64,000 nucleotides of DNA from Candidatus Peregrinibacteria bacterium. GTDB taxonomy: Bacteria > Patescibacteriota > Gracilibacteria > UBA1369. Within the stretch, counting starts at the first letter, position 1, and each line of letters begins with the position of its first letter. The position numbers and the translations under genes were made by a program. The stretch lies in contig OY970195.1 of NCBI GenBank assembly GCA_963708185.1, positions 160,001 through 224,000 of the forward strand. The letters run 5' to 3'. Of this stretch, positions 1 through 9,167 are shown one piece after another. The notes under the pieces are model-generated. The model had not been told where the DNA came from, did not search any database, and was given only the letters and a program-made list of their open reading frames with translations.

Positions 1-72
1 GTTTTTGGTAGCCATCCTGGATAGAAATCCATGGGTCTTGGCATGCTTCCTTTTCTTAAGTTTCGTCAGCAT
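1..72 (-). CDS. rpmH: 50S ribosomal protein L34 (5' part, runs off window)
   Basis: Manual translation of the reverse strand from ATG at 72: MLTKLKKRKHAKTHGFLSRMATKN, matching the L34 core KR.KTHGF..RM.TK.G. Not in the ORF track. Confidence 0.9.
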   Translation of the reverse strand, partial: MLTKLKKRKHAKTHGFLSRMATKN

Positions 73-173
73 GTGAACAATTGAATAAAATGATATGGTC
101 GAGATTTTTCCGGGCCTCTTCTTCCCCAGCGACTCGGCCCAAAGAGGATAGCTTTTGGGCGTCTGTATGTCAA

Positions 174-452
174 TTATTTCTTTTTCGAAAGCTTCATTTC
201 TTCCACGAGAGCCGTTCCGGCGCCGCTGAGGCTGCCGATGAGCGCCCCAAAGCTCATGCCGAGCATGGTGACGACTTCTATCGGGATCATGGTTATAGGG
301 TAGATATTTGCGGCAACGGCCATTCTTACCGACATGACGATGGCTTCGAGTCCCCATATCAAAAGCCCGAGTAACAGACCAGCGATAATACCGAGGATCG
401 CCCCGGATACTCCTTTATAGATGACTTTCGCGAAAAGTGTTTTTTTGTTCAT
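174..452 (-). CDS. small hypothetical membrane protein (2 Gly-rich TM helices)
   Basis: 92-aa ORF with two hydrophobic GxxxG-rich segments, co-oriented between trpG and rpmH. Confidence 0.65.
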   Translation of the reverse strand: MNKKTLFAKVIYKGVSGAILGIIAGLLLGLLIWGLEAIVMSVRMAVAANIYPITMIPIEVVTMLGMSFGALIGSLSGAGTALVEEMKLSKKK

Positions 453-1035
453 TTGCCTGGAAAGTTAGGAAATTCTTGAGGATTTTTTTGCCCTCGGGCG
501 TTTTAAAGGATTCCGGGTGGAATTGTATCCCAAAAAGAGGGTATTGGCTATGCTGGAGCCCCATGATGGTTCCTTCGGTGCGGACGCGGGCAGTAACGGT
601 GAGCTCTTTGGGGAAGTTTTTGTCGGAAACACACAACGAGTGGTAACGCATGGCGGTAAAGGGAGTCTTTATTCCTTTGAAGATGCCTTTCCCGTTGTGT
701 TCAATGAGGCTGGTTTTGCCGTGCATGATTTTGGGGGCGTGTTCGATGGTTCCGCCGAAAGCCGCGGCGATGCCCTGATGTCCGAGGCAGACTCCGAGCA
801 GGGGGGTCGTGGGGCCGAACTTGAGAATGATCTCGCGGCATATACCGAAATCTTCAGGATTTTTCACGGTACCCGGTCCTGGTGAAACGATGATGTGCGT
901 CGGGTTCATTTTTTGGGCCTCTTTGACGGTCAGTTTGTCGTTGGCGTAGACCACGGGGTTTCCCTTGAGTTCCGCAACGTACTGGTAGAGGTTCCAGGTA
1001 AAGGAGTCGTAATTGTCGATGATAAGGGTTTTCAT
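415..1035 (-). CDS. trpG: anthranilate/aminodeoxychorismate synthase component II (class I glutamine amidotransferase, TrpG/PabA family)
   Basis: IDNYDSFTWNL, SPGPG, GVCLGHQ (catalytic Cys), RYHSL, QFHPES. Start moved to MKTLII at 1035. TrpG versus PabA cannot be resolved. Confidence 0.9.
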   Translation of the reverse strand: MKTLIIDNYDSFTWNLYQYVAELKGNPVVYANDKLTVKEAQKMNPTHIIVSPGPGTVKNPEDFGICREIILKFGPTTPLLGVCLGHQGIAAAFGGTIEHAPKIMHGKTSLIEHNGKGIFKGIKTPFTAMRYHSLCVSDKNFPKELTVTARVRTEGTIMGLQHSQYPLFGIQFHPESFKTPEGKKILKNFLTFQANEQKNTFRESHL

Positions 1036-1119
1036 GGGGAAGACAGGGGGTATGTTTTCTTGCAGTTTCAAGGATTTTATTGTATCTTTTGCGGGAAAGT
1101 ATTTCAAAATGAAAAAACT

Positions 1120-1710
1120 ATGTCTCTACGGACTCAATATGAATTTCTATTCGTAGGTAGGGATGAAGACAGCTTCGTGGAAAATTACGCCTACGACCTT
1201 GGTGAAGGGGGAGAACGCATCGGAAAAATATTCATCAACCTGGAAATTCAGAATAATCCTGCGGAAGCCGAGGACATCGGGGAGTTGATTTTTGACTCCC
1301 TTCGCAAGAAGTTTTTTGCGGACCTGGAAGACGATCCGTATGTGCGTTTTGAAAAAGCTTTGAAGGAAGTGAACCGTGAACTGAAGAATCTTCGTTCACA
1401 GAAGTCTTCGCAGTTCCTCGGGAACCTCCATGTGATTATCGCTGCCATCGTCGATAACAACATTTTCCTGACTCAGTGCGGCGAGGCTGAGGCTTATTTG
1501 ATCCGCAGAAAATATTGCAGCGTCATCAGCGACGACCTCTATGATCCTGAATCCAAGGATTTTTTCACGAACATCGCCAGCGGAACGATTGAGCCGGAAG
1601 ATTTCGTCCTGCTCAGTTCCACAAGGCTTTTGCGTTACATCAGCAAGAACGATTTCGCCAGGATAGGTTCATCGAAAAGCCTGGTCGGAGCCCTGGGCGA
1701 AGCTCCGTGA
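1120..1710 (+). CDS. PP2C/SpoIIE-like (degenerate) domain; N-terminal part of a frameshifted gene continuing into 1739-3190
   Basis: PP2C-fold-like segments (QCGEAEAYLIR ~ NVGDSRAY, DFVLLSSTRL ~ LLCSDGL). Removing one base at ~1700 gives ...LGELRDFLSAEVLGKMAFIG, in frame with the next ORF. Confidence 0.65.
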   Translation: MSLRTQYEFLFVGRDEDSFVENYAYDLGEGGERIGKIFINLEIQNNPAEAEDIGELIFDSLRKKFFADLEDDPYVRFEKALKEVNRELKNLRSQKSSQFLGNLHVIIAAIVDNNIFLTQCGEAEAYLIRRKYCSVISDDLYDPESKDFFTNIASGTIEPEDFVLLSSTRLLRYISKNDFARIGSSKSLVGALGEAP

Positions 1711-1738
1711 TTTTCTTTCGGCAGAAGTTCTGGGGAAA

Positions 1739-3190
1739 ATGGCTTTTATCGGCATTCACGCCGGTTTTGCCGCTGAACTCAACGATCAGGAAAAATCCAG
1801 GGTCGTTTCCCACCTCCAGAAAGAAGAGCGGGTCTCCACGGCGTCCGGTTCGGAAAAACAGCAGATCAATGTCGTCCTTATGGAAGCCGTGCGGAAGCTT
1901 TCCAATACCGTCAAGGATTTAAGCGGCAAGCTTTCCACCCAATCCAAATCAGGAAGTACCGGAAGGGTCGTGCGTGGCGGGCAGGGCAGCAAGAGTTTTT
2001 TCAGTTTCAGCAACTGGTCACGCGACAAGATTCTCGCATCCATCATCGTCATCGTTCTGGTGCTTACCGCCGGTGTCTGGTGGATACGGACCCGCGCCGA
2101 TGAACAGCAGAAGATCGATCATTACGTCTCCATTTTGAATGACGTGAAGGAAGAGATCAGTTCAGCCCAGACGACCGGACAATATAACAAGGACCAGGCC
2201 GCCCAGATGCTCACCGACGCCGAACAGAAAGCGTTGACGGTTTTGAATTCCGGTTACGCCCGCAGCGATGCGAGGACCTACCTGGATTCCATCCAGACGA
2301 CGCGGGATCAGCTCGACGGGGTCGTTCATCCGCAGGCTCGCGTCCTTGCCGATCTTTCCACCAAACGGGCCAACGTGAGCGCGCTCGGACTGTTGGCGCT
2401 TAAAGGCAATTTGTTCGCTTTCGAATATAACGCTCTGTATCCGATCCTTGCCGACCAGATCCAGGATCCGTTGACGATCGATCAGAACGAGACGGTCATT
2501 GCCGGTACTACGTTCGACGATCAGAATGCACTCCTTTTCTATACCAAATCCGGCAAGGTCATTCAGTACAAGGACAACAGGATGAGTTTCGTCCAGGCCG
2601 CTGAAGGTTCATTTCATAAAGGCGTGGATGTTGAGGCCTATAACAATAAATTCTATATTCTTGACCCGGATTCCAACCAGATATGGAAGTACACCGTCCT
2701 TCGCGACAAGTTTGATAACGCCCAGCAGTACAACATCGACGGGGATCTCAAGAATGCAGTATCTTTCGCCATCGACGGGAACATTTACGTGTTGAACAAG
2801 GATGGTTCGATCACCAAGCTTTTGAGCGGAAACAAGCAGGATCTCACCCTGAAACGTCAGCCGGTGAAGCCGCTTACCGCTCCGACAAGGATTTTTACTC
2901 AGCTCGATATGCAACAGGTATTTTTCCTGGAACCGAGCGAGCACCGCGTGATGATTTATTACAAGGACGACAAGACTGGCGGGCTCACTTACCAGTCGCA
3001 ATACGTGTTTGACGACATAAACGACATGCGCGATCTCTATGTCGACGTCAACAGCAACAAGCTCTATCTGCTTGATGCCACCAAGATTTACGAAGTCGAC
3101 ATGAACTCGCTCGCACCGGCCACGGTGACGACTGCAACGGTTCCTGCCGAGACGCAGCAGACGCAAGCTACGGGAGCAACCGGAAACTGA
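1739..3190 (+). CDS. single-pass membrane protein with helical stalk and C-terminal beta-propeller (NHL-like); C-terminal part of the 1120-3190 gene
   Basis: TM ILASIIVIVLVLTAGVWWI, helical region, then repeated blade motifs (FYILDPDSNQIWKY, SFAIDGNIYVL, LYLLDATKIYEV). Confidence 0.75.
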   Translation: MAFIGIHAGFAAELNDQEKSRVVSHLQKEERVSTASGSEKQQINVVLMEAVRKLSNTVKDLSGKLSTQSKSGSTGRVVRGGQGSKSFFSFSNWSRDKILASIIVIVLVLTAGVWWIRTRADEQQKIDHYVSILNDVKEEISSAQTTGQYNKDQAAQMLTDAEQKALTVLNSGYARSDARTYLDSIQTTRDQLDGVVHPQARVLADLSTKRANVSALGLLALKGNLFAFEYNALYPILADQIQDPLTIDQNETVIAGTTFDDQNALLFYTKSGKVIQYKDNRMSFVQAAEGSFHKGVDVEAYNNKFYILDPDSNQIWKYTVLRDKFDNAQQYNIDGDLKNAVSFAIDGNIYVLNKDGSITKLLSGNKQDLTLKRQPVKPLTAPTRIFTQLDMQQVFFLEPSEHRVMIYYKDDKTGGLTYQSQYVFDDINDMRDLYVDVNSNKLYLLDATKIYEVDMNSLAPATVTTATVPAETQQTQATGATGN

Positions 3191-3191
3191 T

Positions 3192-4196
3192 CTAAAGAAT
3201 CTGTTCTTCGAAGACTTTCATGTCCACGTTCAGTTTGGACTCTTTTTTGAGCGAATAGAACGAGAAGAAACCTGCCGGGATTGGCAGCCAGAATGAGATG
3301 AAGCGGTAAATGAGCGTCGCTCCGATGGCGATGGTGGGGTCGATGTGGGCCTCGAGGAAAATAAGGATGAGCGAGGCTTCGGCGGCGCCGATGCCCGCCG
3401 GAGCGAGCGTGATTTTACTGAAGAGGAGCGACGCGGCGTAGGCGAAAATAATGACGGTGATGTCCGGAAACGTGCCGAGAGCCAGGAAAGAGAAGGCCAG
3501 CGTGGAAATATTGGCCGCGTAATACAGAAGACTCGCTATAAGGCTCTGAGTGATGAGCCATGGATGATCCTTGATGCGTTTGGTGTAGGTCTTGCGGTTT
3601 TTGGCAAAAGAAAAGAAGGGTTTAGCCCATTTGTATTTGCCGAACATTTTTTTTAGTTTTCCGAAGAGATGGTGTCTTGAAATGTACAGACTCAAAATGA
3701 CGAGCGTGGCGATGGCGACGCTGATGAAGATGATGGAGGTATTGAGTGCGGCGGTGATGCTCTGCAGGAAGAAACTGGGAACGATGAAAAGCAAGATGAG
3801 CAGGAGATGGGTGATTGCCGTCCAGCAGATGGTGAGAAAAATGAATTTTTCGGTGTCAACGCCCATTTTGCGGTAAAAGTGGTAGGCCGCAGCCATGCCT
3901 CCCGCTTCTCCCACGGGGAGGATGTGTGCGGCGAACACGTTGAGTGAGGCGATGCGCATCGAATCCTTGAAGCGGACCTTGATGTCGGCAACCTTTAAAA
4001 GCAGCTGGGAGAACCATCCGTCTCCCACATACTGGAAGACCTGGGAAAAAAGCGCCGCAAAAATAAAACGGTAATCAATGTGGTCCTTGAGGTCCCATAA
4101 TTTCGAGAAGTCGTTGATATGTGGAGCCAGCCTGCTCACCGCGAGAGCAACGATGGCTACGATAATGAAATACTGGAGTATTTTAAAAAATTTCAC
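3192..4196 (-). CDS. lysylphosphatidylglycerol synthase TM region / flippase-like membrane protein (UPF0104)
   Basis: Multiple TM helices, ILPVGEAGG, APAGIGAAE, LIYRFISFWLPI motifs. Confidence 0.85.
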   Translation of the reverse strand: MKFFKILQYFIIVAIVALAVSRLAPHINDFSKLWDLKDHIDYRFIFAALFSQVFQYVGDGWFSQLLLKVADIKVRFKDSMRIASLNVFAAHILPVGEAGGMAAAYHFYRKMGVDTEKFIFLTICWTAITHLLLILLFIVPSFFLQSITAALNTSIIFISVAIATLVILSLYISRHHLFGKLKKMFGKYKWAKPFFSFAKNRKTYTKRIKDHPWLITQSLIASLLYYAANISTLAFSFLALGTFPDITVIIFAYAASLLFSKITLAPAGIGAAEASLILIFLEAHIDPTIAIGATLIYRFISFWLPIPAGFFSFYSLKKESKLNVDMKVFEEQIL

Positions 4197-4224
4197 TGTT
4201 CAGGGGTGACGAAGTTTGAACTCT

Positions 4225-5058
4225 TTATCGCCTTACAATGAGCTCCTGATCTTTTTCGCTGTTGAATTTTCCGAATTCGTACTCGAATTTTACCCTTTTG
4301 ATGTTGAGCAGGTAGCATGAACCCCAGACAGCGTATTTGAACCATACGCGGGCGCGTCCCTCTTCATCGAATCTGCGGGTGTTGAAGATGATGTTGGTTG
4401 ATTTCAACATACGGAATTTGCCTATTTCGCTGATTTTCTTGATGTAGTCGAGGTCTTCGCAGGTCGGAAGTTGGGGGTTAAATCCTCCGATGGCGAGATG
4501 GACGTTCTTTTTGACGATGATGCCCGCACCCGCCGATCCCGGACGCTTGGTGTACTGGAGCGGATTGAGAATGCAGTGGTGGTAAAAAGAGAACACCGCC
4601 TTGTCCACGAATTTTTCCGAATCGGGTTCGAGGTGGCAGCCGGCTCCGTCGAGATTCCGGCGTTTGACTTCCAGGTAGGCGTTGCGCAGGAAGTTCGGGG
4701 GAATGCGCGTATCCGCGTCCAAAAACGCGATCAAGTCGGCATTGGCGTGCGCGGCTCCGTTATTTCGGGCAATGGATACGCCTTTCACCGGTGCAGGGAT
4801 GAAACGAATGCTTTTGTGGGGATTGAAGCGGGCGATGGTCCGGACGATCTGTTCAGTTCTGTCGGTACTGCCGCTGTCGGACACGATGATTTCGTAATTC
4901 ATGTCCTGGTTGAGAACTTCCGTGAGCAGGTCTCCGATGAAACCCTCTTCGTTGAGGGTCGGGATGACGATGCTCATGTAAGGTTTTTTGGAAATACGCT
5001 GGAAATGACGATCGTTGCTGATTTCAGATACGGTCTTGAGCGGTGAAAGTTCGGTCAT
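4225..5058 (-). CDS. glycosyltransferase family 2
   Basis: SIVIPTLNEE, DSGSTDRT, ARNNGA, FLDAD, GGF...ED motifs. Confidence 0.9.
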   Translation of the reverse strand: MTELSPLKTVSEISNDRHFQRISKKPYMSIVIPTLNEEGFIGDLLTEVLNQDMNYEIIVSDSGSTDRTEQIVRTIARFNPHKSIRFIPAPVKGVSIARNNGAAHANADLIAFLDADTRIPPNFLRNAYLEVKRRNLDGAGCHLEPDSEKFVDKAVFSFYHHCILNPLQYTKRPGSAGAGIIVKKNVHLAIGGFNPQLPTCEDLDYIKKISEIGKFRMLKSTNIIFNTRRFDEEGRARVWFKYAVWGSCYLLNIKRVKFEYEFGKFNSEKDQELIVRR

Positions 5059-5151
5059 AACATGATCTCAATTATGAACTTGGACTGTTTGAAATTTGTC
5101 GGGGAATTTCTAAGCTATAAACTAGCATTGAACGGCTTTCGGTTCAAGCAT

Positions 5152-6270
5152 TTAAAGTTGCTGATGGAGCACTTCGATGAGGTGTTTGGCAATGTCGATG
5201 GCCGCTTTCGGGTTTCCCAGTTTTTTGAGGTTTTTTTGATATATTTTATAGCTTTTCTGTATGGTGTGGATGCTTTTGGTGATCTGGGGGTTCCGTTTGT
5301 TTTCAATGACGCCGAGTTTGTATCTTTTGACCAGTTCGGCGTTGCCGCGTTCGTGGCGGGCGATGGTCGAGGTGATGATCATGGGTTTTTCCGCGGCAAG
5401 GCACTCCATGACGGTCGCCCCGCCCGCTTTTGTCAGGACGACGTCCGAAGCCTTGATGAAGTCGGGCATGCGGTCGGTCCAGCCCACGATTTTGATGTTC
5501 TTGTATAAGGCGTAACCTTCAAGTTTTGTTTTGATCTTGGCATCGCGGCCGGCGATGACGATGATGTTGCAGTGCTGGAAGTTTTCAAGCAGTTCCTCCA
5601 TTATTTTGATGTTGCGTTTGGGCTTTTGCGCGGTGGGCAGAAAAAGAATGGTGAACTGTCGGGGATTGAGGTTTTGTTCAATGAGGAATTTTTCGGTGTC
5701 GAGATGTTTGAGGAATTCCAAGCGCACGGGGAAGCCGAGCACGCGGATTTTCTTTTCGTCGTACCCGAGCTTTTTAATGGCCTCGGCCGTATCTTCGTTG
5801 GGCACGATCTGTTCGTCGGCGTTGCCGATGACCCAGGCGTTGTGAATGAAAATTGAGTCGGTGATGACGCTGATGAACTTGACGTTTGGGTTGTGTTTTT
5901 TGAGCATCCTGCGCATCAGATAATCCCAGACCGGGAAGGTCGAAACCACGAGGTCGGGATTTTTTTCTTTGATGAATTTTCTGACTTTACGGAGGACGAT
6001 GGCGTAGTTGAGGCGGTTCAACAGTTTCATTCGCCATTTTTTGTCCCAGGTCTCAAAAATGAATTCGCAGACAATGGGGGCTCTGCGGGAAAGACTGTCG
6101 TAGGTTTTCTGGCTGACGCGGTTGATGGATCGGCTGAGAATTTCCATGAGGTCCACGATTTCAACTTCATAGTCATGGTCGTAAAGGTGTTCGATGGCCT
6201 CTTTGATCGATTTGGCCGCGCTCATGTGCCCCTGGCCCATGTGAGCGCTCAGGATAAGTATTTTTTTCAT
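5152..6270 (-). CDS. MGDG synthase/UgtP-like diacylglycerol glycosyltransferase (GT28)
   Basis: ILSAHMGQGHMSAA, PDLVVSTFP, VITD, GFPVR, TKAGGATVMEC, HERGNA. Confidence 0.88.
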   Translation of the reverse strand: MKKILILSAHMGQGHMSAAKSIKEAIEHLYDHDYEVEIVDLMEILSRSINRVSQKTYDSLSRRAPIVCEFIFETWDKKWRMKLLNRLNYAIVLRKVRKFIKEKNPDLVVSTFPVWDYLMRRMLKKHNPNVKFISVITDSIFIHNAWVIGNADEQIVPNEDTAEAIKKLGYDEKKIRVLGFPVRLEFLKHLDTEKFLIEQNLNPRQFTILFLPTAQKPKRNIKIMEELLENFQHCNIIVIAGRDAKIKTKLEGYALYKNIKIVGWTDRMPDFIKASDVVLTKAGGATVMECLAAEKPMIITSTIARHERGNAELVKRYKLGVIENKRNPQITKSIHTIQKSYKIYQKNLKKLGNPKAAIDIAKHLIEVLHQQL

Positions 6271-6342
6271 GGAAAAATAAAAGCGCCTGTATTATAGCGC
6301 CTTTACATCTTTATGACTATATGGGCTCGTTTGTTGAAGCGT

Positions 6343-7203
6343 CTATTGCAGCATCCAGGGGTAGGTGATTTGGATGCGGGAAATGAGTGTTTCCGGCTTC
6401 ACGATACCGAGCTCGGTAATCATTCCGGTGATGACGTCGGGAGAAGTGATCTCAAAAGCGGGGTTGCGGATGGTGACGCCTTTCGGCGGGTTGTCCCAGA
6501 CCTCGTTCGGATCGCGTTCTTCGATGATCTCTTCAAAGCCATAAAGGGTTTGGGGATCGAATTTCCAGGAGTTGGTACAGGAGTATGAAGGTACGTGGAT
6601 TTCATTTGCCAGGGCGGCAATGGATTCGGTGCCGATCTTGTTGAAAATTTTTCCTTCGGCGGTGACGGCGTCGCATCCAAAAAGAAAGATGTCGGCTTTC
6701 TTGAGGAACATCCTGGCCGCGCTGTCCACAAAATGCACGACGGGAATACCCAGCTTCGCCACGTTTTCCGCGGTAATGCGCCCCTGGAAGCGCGGCCGCG
6801 TTTCGGTGTTGTAAACGGTGAATTTTTTCCCTTCTGCGTGGGCTTTGGCCAGAATGGCTTCCACGGTGGAGGAGTGGCAGTGGGTGAAGACGATCATGCC
6901 GTCCCGGATTTTTTTTGATCCGTACTCGGCGATTTTCTGCTTGGAGGTTTTAAAGTGATCCACGACGAAAGCGCTGACGTCGGGATTCGAGGCGGAGTTT
7001 TCCAGACAGTATTTGAGGGCGTTGCGCAGCGCGGGTTCGGTCGGACGGGTGGCGGTGAGTTCTTCCACGGCTTTTTGGAGTTCTTTGCGGTCAGTTGTCT
7101 GTTTCAATTTGAGCGCGAACGCCTCGACGGCGGCCACGGCGACTTTTTCGGCCCCCTGGATCTGGAGGTTTTTGATGTGTGCGATCGTTTCTTCGAACGT
7201 CAT
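6343..7203 (-). CDS. ribose-1,5-bisphosphate isomerase (eIF-2B alpha/beta/delta family)
   Basis: IQGA, RPTEPALRN, THCHSSTV, ETRPRFQG, GCDA..NKIGT, RNPAFE. Adjacent to AMP phosphorylase. Confidence 0.88.
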   Translation of the reverse strand: MTFEETIAHIKNLQIQGAEKVAVAAVEAFALKLKQTTDRKELQKAVEELTATRPTEPALRNALKYCLENSASNPDVSAFVVDHFKTSKQKIAEYGSKKIRDGMIVFTHCHSSTVEAILAKAHAEGKKFTVYNTETRPRFQGRITAENVAKLGIPVVHFVDSAARMFLKKADIFLFGCDAVTAEGKIFNKIGTESIAALANEIHVPSYSCTNSWKFDPQTLYGFEEIIEERDPNEVWDNPPKGVTIRNPAFEITSPDVITGMITELGIVKPETLISRIQITYPWMLQ

Positions 7204-7212
7204 GGAGATTGT

Positions 7213-7596
7213 TTAGGCAACCTTTTTTGTCTTCTTTTTGACCTCATCGCGGATTCCTTTCACGTCATGGACGCCTGATTTCGGTTCATGTTTTGCCTCG
7301 AATTTGGAGGCAGCGTTGTAAAGGTCCTGGCAATGGGTATCCAGTCTCTGGTTGAAGATTTCGAAGGCGTCATCGAGACTGTTGCCGAATTTGAGCATTT
7401 TTCCGGCATGAACGTTGCCGAAGTTTTCCTGTTCGGTGCGGATGCGGTGCATAGTGGCCTCAAGGAGGACCTTGAGTTCGGGTTCCTCACCGTAGTGGTC
7501 GGTGATCTCCTGAATTTTTTCTTCGGCGGCAAGGTTGATTGCCGTCATGAGTTCCTCCGGAGAGGAAATGTTTTGAGGGAATTCCTGGTTTTGCAT
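7213..7596 (-). CDS. hypothetical helical protein
   Basis: 127-aa ORF filling the gap between two co-oriented genes, with an A-rich leader. No recognisable family. Confidence 0.7.
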   Translation of the reverse strand: MQNQEFPQNISSPEELMTAINLAAEEKIQEITDHYGEEPELKVLLEATMHRIRTEQENFGNVHAGKMLKFGNSLDDAFEIFNQRLDTHCQDLYNAASKFEAKHEPKSGVHDVKGIRDEVKKKTKKVA

Positions 7597-7644
7597 ATGT
7601 TTTTTTGTTAAAAAAATATTGGTTTTTGTTTTGGAATTTTTTGT

Positions 7645-9132
7645 TTATTTGATGTGATAGACTTCGCTGGGGCTGACGTAATCGAGCGTGTTGTTCATGC
7701 GCATTTTGGTTTCGGCGTAGATGGTAAAGAGTGCTTCGCCTTTTTTGACCTTGTCGCCGATTTTTTTATGGATGAAGATCCCGGCGCCGGGATTGACCGG
7801 TGATCCGGCCATGCGGGCGTAGCGGGCGATGAGTTTGTTGTTGATGGAGGTTATTTTTCCTGATTTCGGAGCTTTGACGTCGCAGGTGACTTTCCCGGGT
7901 TTGAGCGGTTTTTTGTTGCGCCCCTGGGCATCGATGATTTCCTGGAATTTCTTGTAAGCTCGACCTGACTTGATGGCTTCCATGGCCATTTTTTCACCCT
8001 TTGCGGCGGTGGTTTTTCCGACCATTTCGAGCATGATGCCGCACATCCAGACGGTCTTTTTCAACAGATCCTGGGGGGCATCGGATTCGTTTTTGAGGAT
8101 TTTGAGGATATCGATAGCTTCAAGGACCGGTCCGATGCCGTCACCAATCGGTTGGCTTCCGTTGGAGAAGATGACCTTCACTTTCATGCCGAGCATGGCT
8201 CCGATTTTTTCGAATTTCTTTTTGAGCGGTAAGGCTTCTTTCGGCGATTTTACTTTGACGTCCGGACCGTAGGGAATGTCGATGAGTACGTGGGTCGAAG
8301 ATACGGCGTGTTTTTTTGCAAGGATCGAGGCCAGAAGCATGCCCTGGGGATCCAGGCTCATCGGGTTGCGGATCTTGATGAGTTTGTCGTCGGCGCTGGC
8401 GATGTCCACCCCTCCGCCCCAGCTGATAAAGCCGCCGACTTTCATGGCGATCTTCTTGAGTTTTTTCGCCGGAATCTTGACGTTGGCCAGGACTTCCATG
8501 GTGTCGGCTGTTCCGGCCGGACTGGTGATGGCGCGTGAAGACGTTTTTGGCATACGGAAACCGAGACTGGTCATGATCGGTACGGCCAGCATGGTGGAAC
8601 GGTTGCCGGGGACGCCGCCGATGCAGTGCTTGTCGACGACGATCTTGTCGTTGAATTTGATGTGTCCGCCGTTGTTGACCACAGCCTTGGTTAAGGCGAC
8701 CGTTTCTTTGTCACTCATGCCCCGGCAGAAGTTCGCGGAAACGAAGTAGGTCATTTCAACCTCCGACAGGCGGTCGGCGACGATGTCTTTGACGATGGTG
8801 TCGATCTCCTTGGCGTTCAGTTCTTTTCCATCGAGTTTTTTGCGGATGAAGAAGACGGATTTCGGTCGTTCCGCCAGGGCCATGGAAACGCGGCGGTCGC
8901 CTTTGGCGACCTTGAGCTTTTCCCAGGTTTCTTCGTAGAGACCGATTTCGTTGTCCTTGAGGTCATGGTTGAAACTGATGTCCAGAATCGCCACGGCTTC
9001 GTTGCCAGCGTTTTTCAGGAGAACGCGGTCGGAAGGGTGAAGATCCAACGTGTGGGCGGTCGTTTCATTCATCAGGACCACGAAGGTGTTTCCCACGCGG
9101 ATAGGTATTTTTTTCGGTCGAAGATAATACAT
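7645..9132 (-). CDS. AMP phosphorylase (archaeal-type thymidine phosphorylase family)
   Basis: N-terminal extension typical of AMP phosphorylases, DKHCIGGVPGN, PKTSSRAITSPAGTADTMEVLA, GSQPIG.GIGP.LEA. Confidence 0.92.
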   Translation of the reverse strand: MYYLRPKKIPIRVGNTFVVLMNETTAHTLDLHPSDRVLLKNAGNEAVAILDISFNHDLKDNEIGLYEETWEKLKVAKGDRRVSMALAERPKSVFFIRKKLDGKELNAKEIDTIVKDIVADRLSEVEMTYFVSANFCRGMSDKETVALTKAVVNNGGHIKFNDKIVVDKHCIGGVPGNRSTMLAVPIMTSLGFRMPKTSSRAITSPAGTADTMEVLANVKIPAKKLKKIAMKVGGFISWGGGVDIASADDKLIKIRNPMSLDPQGMLLASILAKKHAVSSTHVLIDIPYGPDVKVKSPKEALPLKKKFEKIGAMLGMKVKVIFSNGSQPIGDGIGPVLEAIDILKILKNESDAPQDLLKKTVWMCGIMLEMVGKTTAAKGEKMAMEAIKSGRAYKKFQEIIDAQGRNKKPLKPGKVTCDVKAPKSGKITSINNKLIARYARMAGSPVNPGAGIFIHKKIGDKVKKGEALFTIYAETKMRMNNTLDYVSPSEVYHIK

Positions 9133-9167
9133 GACGTTTGTGTTAATTTTTATTTTTGATTTTCAGG

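Noticed and set aside
73-173. Replication origin next to rpmH
   Set aside because: No dnaA and no cluster of TTATCCACA boxes is visible upstream of rpmH.
7213-7596. Possible RuBisCO remnant between AMP phosphorylase and R15P isomerase
   Set aside because: Only 127 aa, with no GxDFxKDDE or other RbcL motifs.
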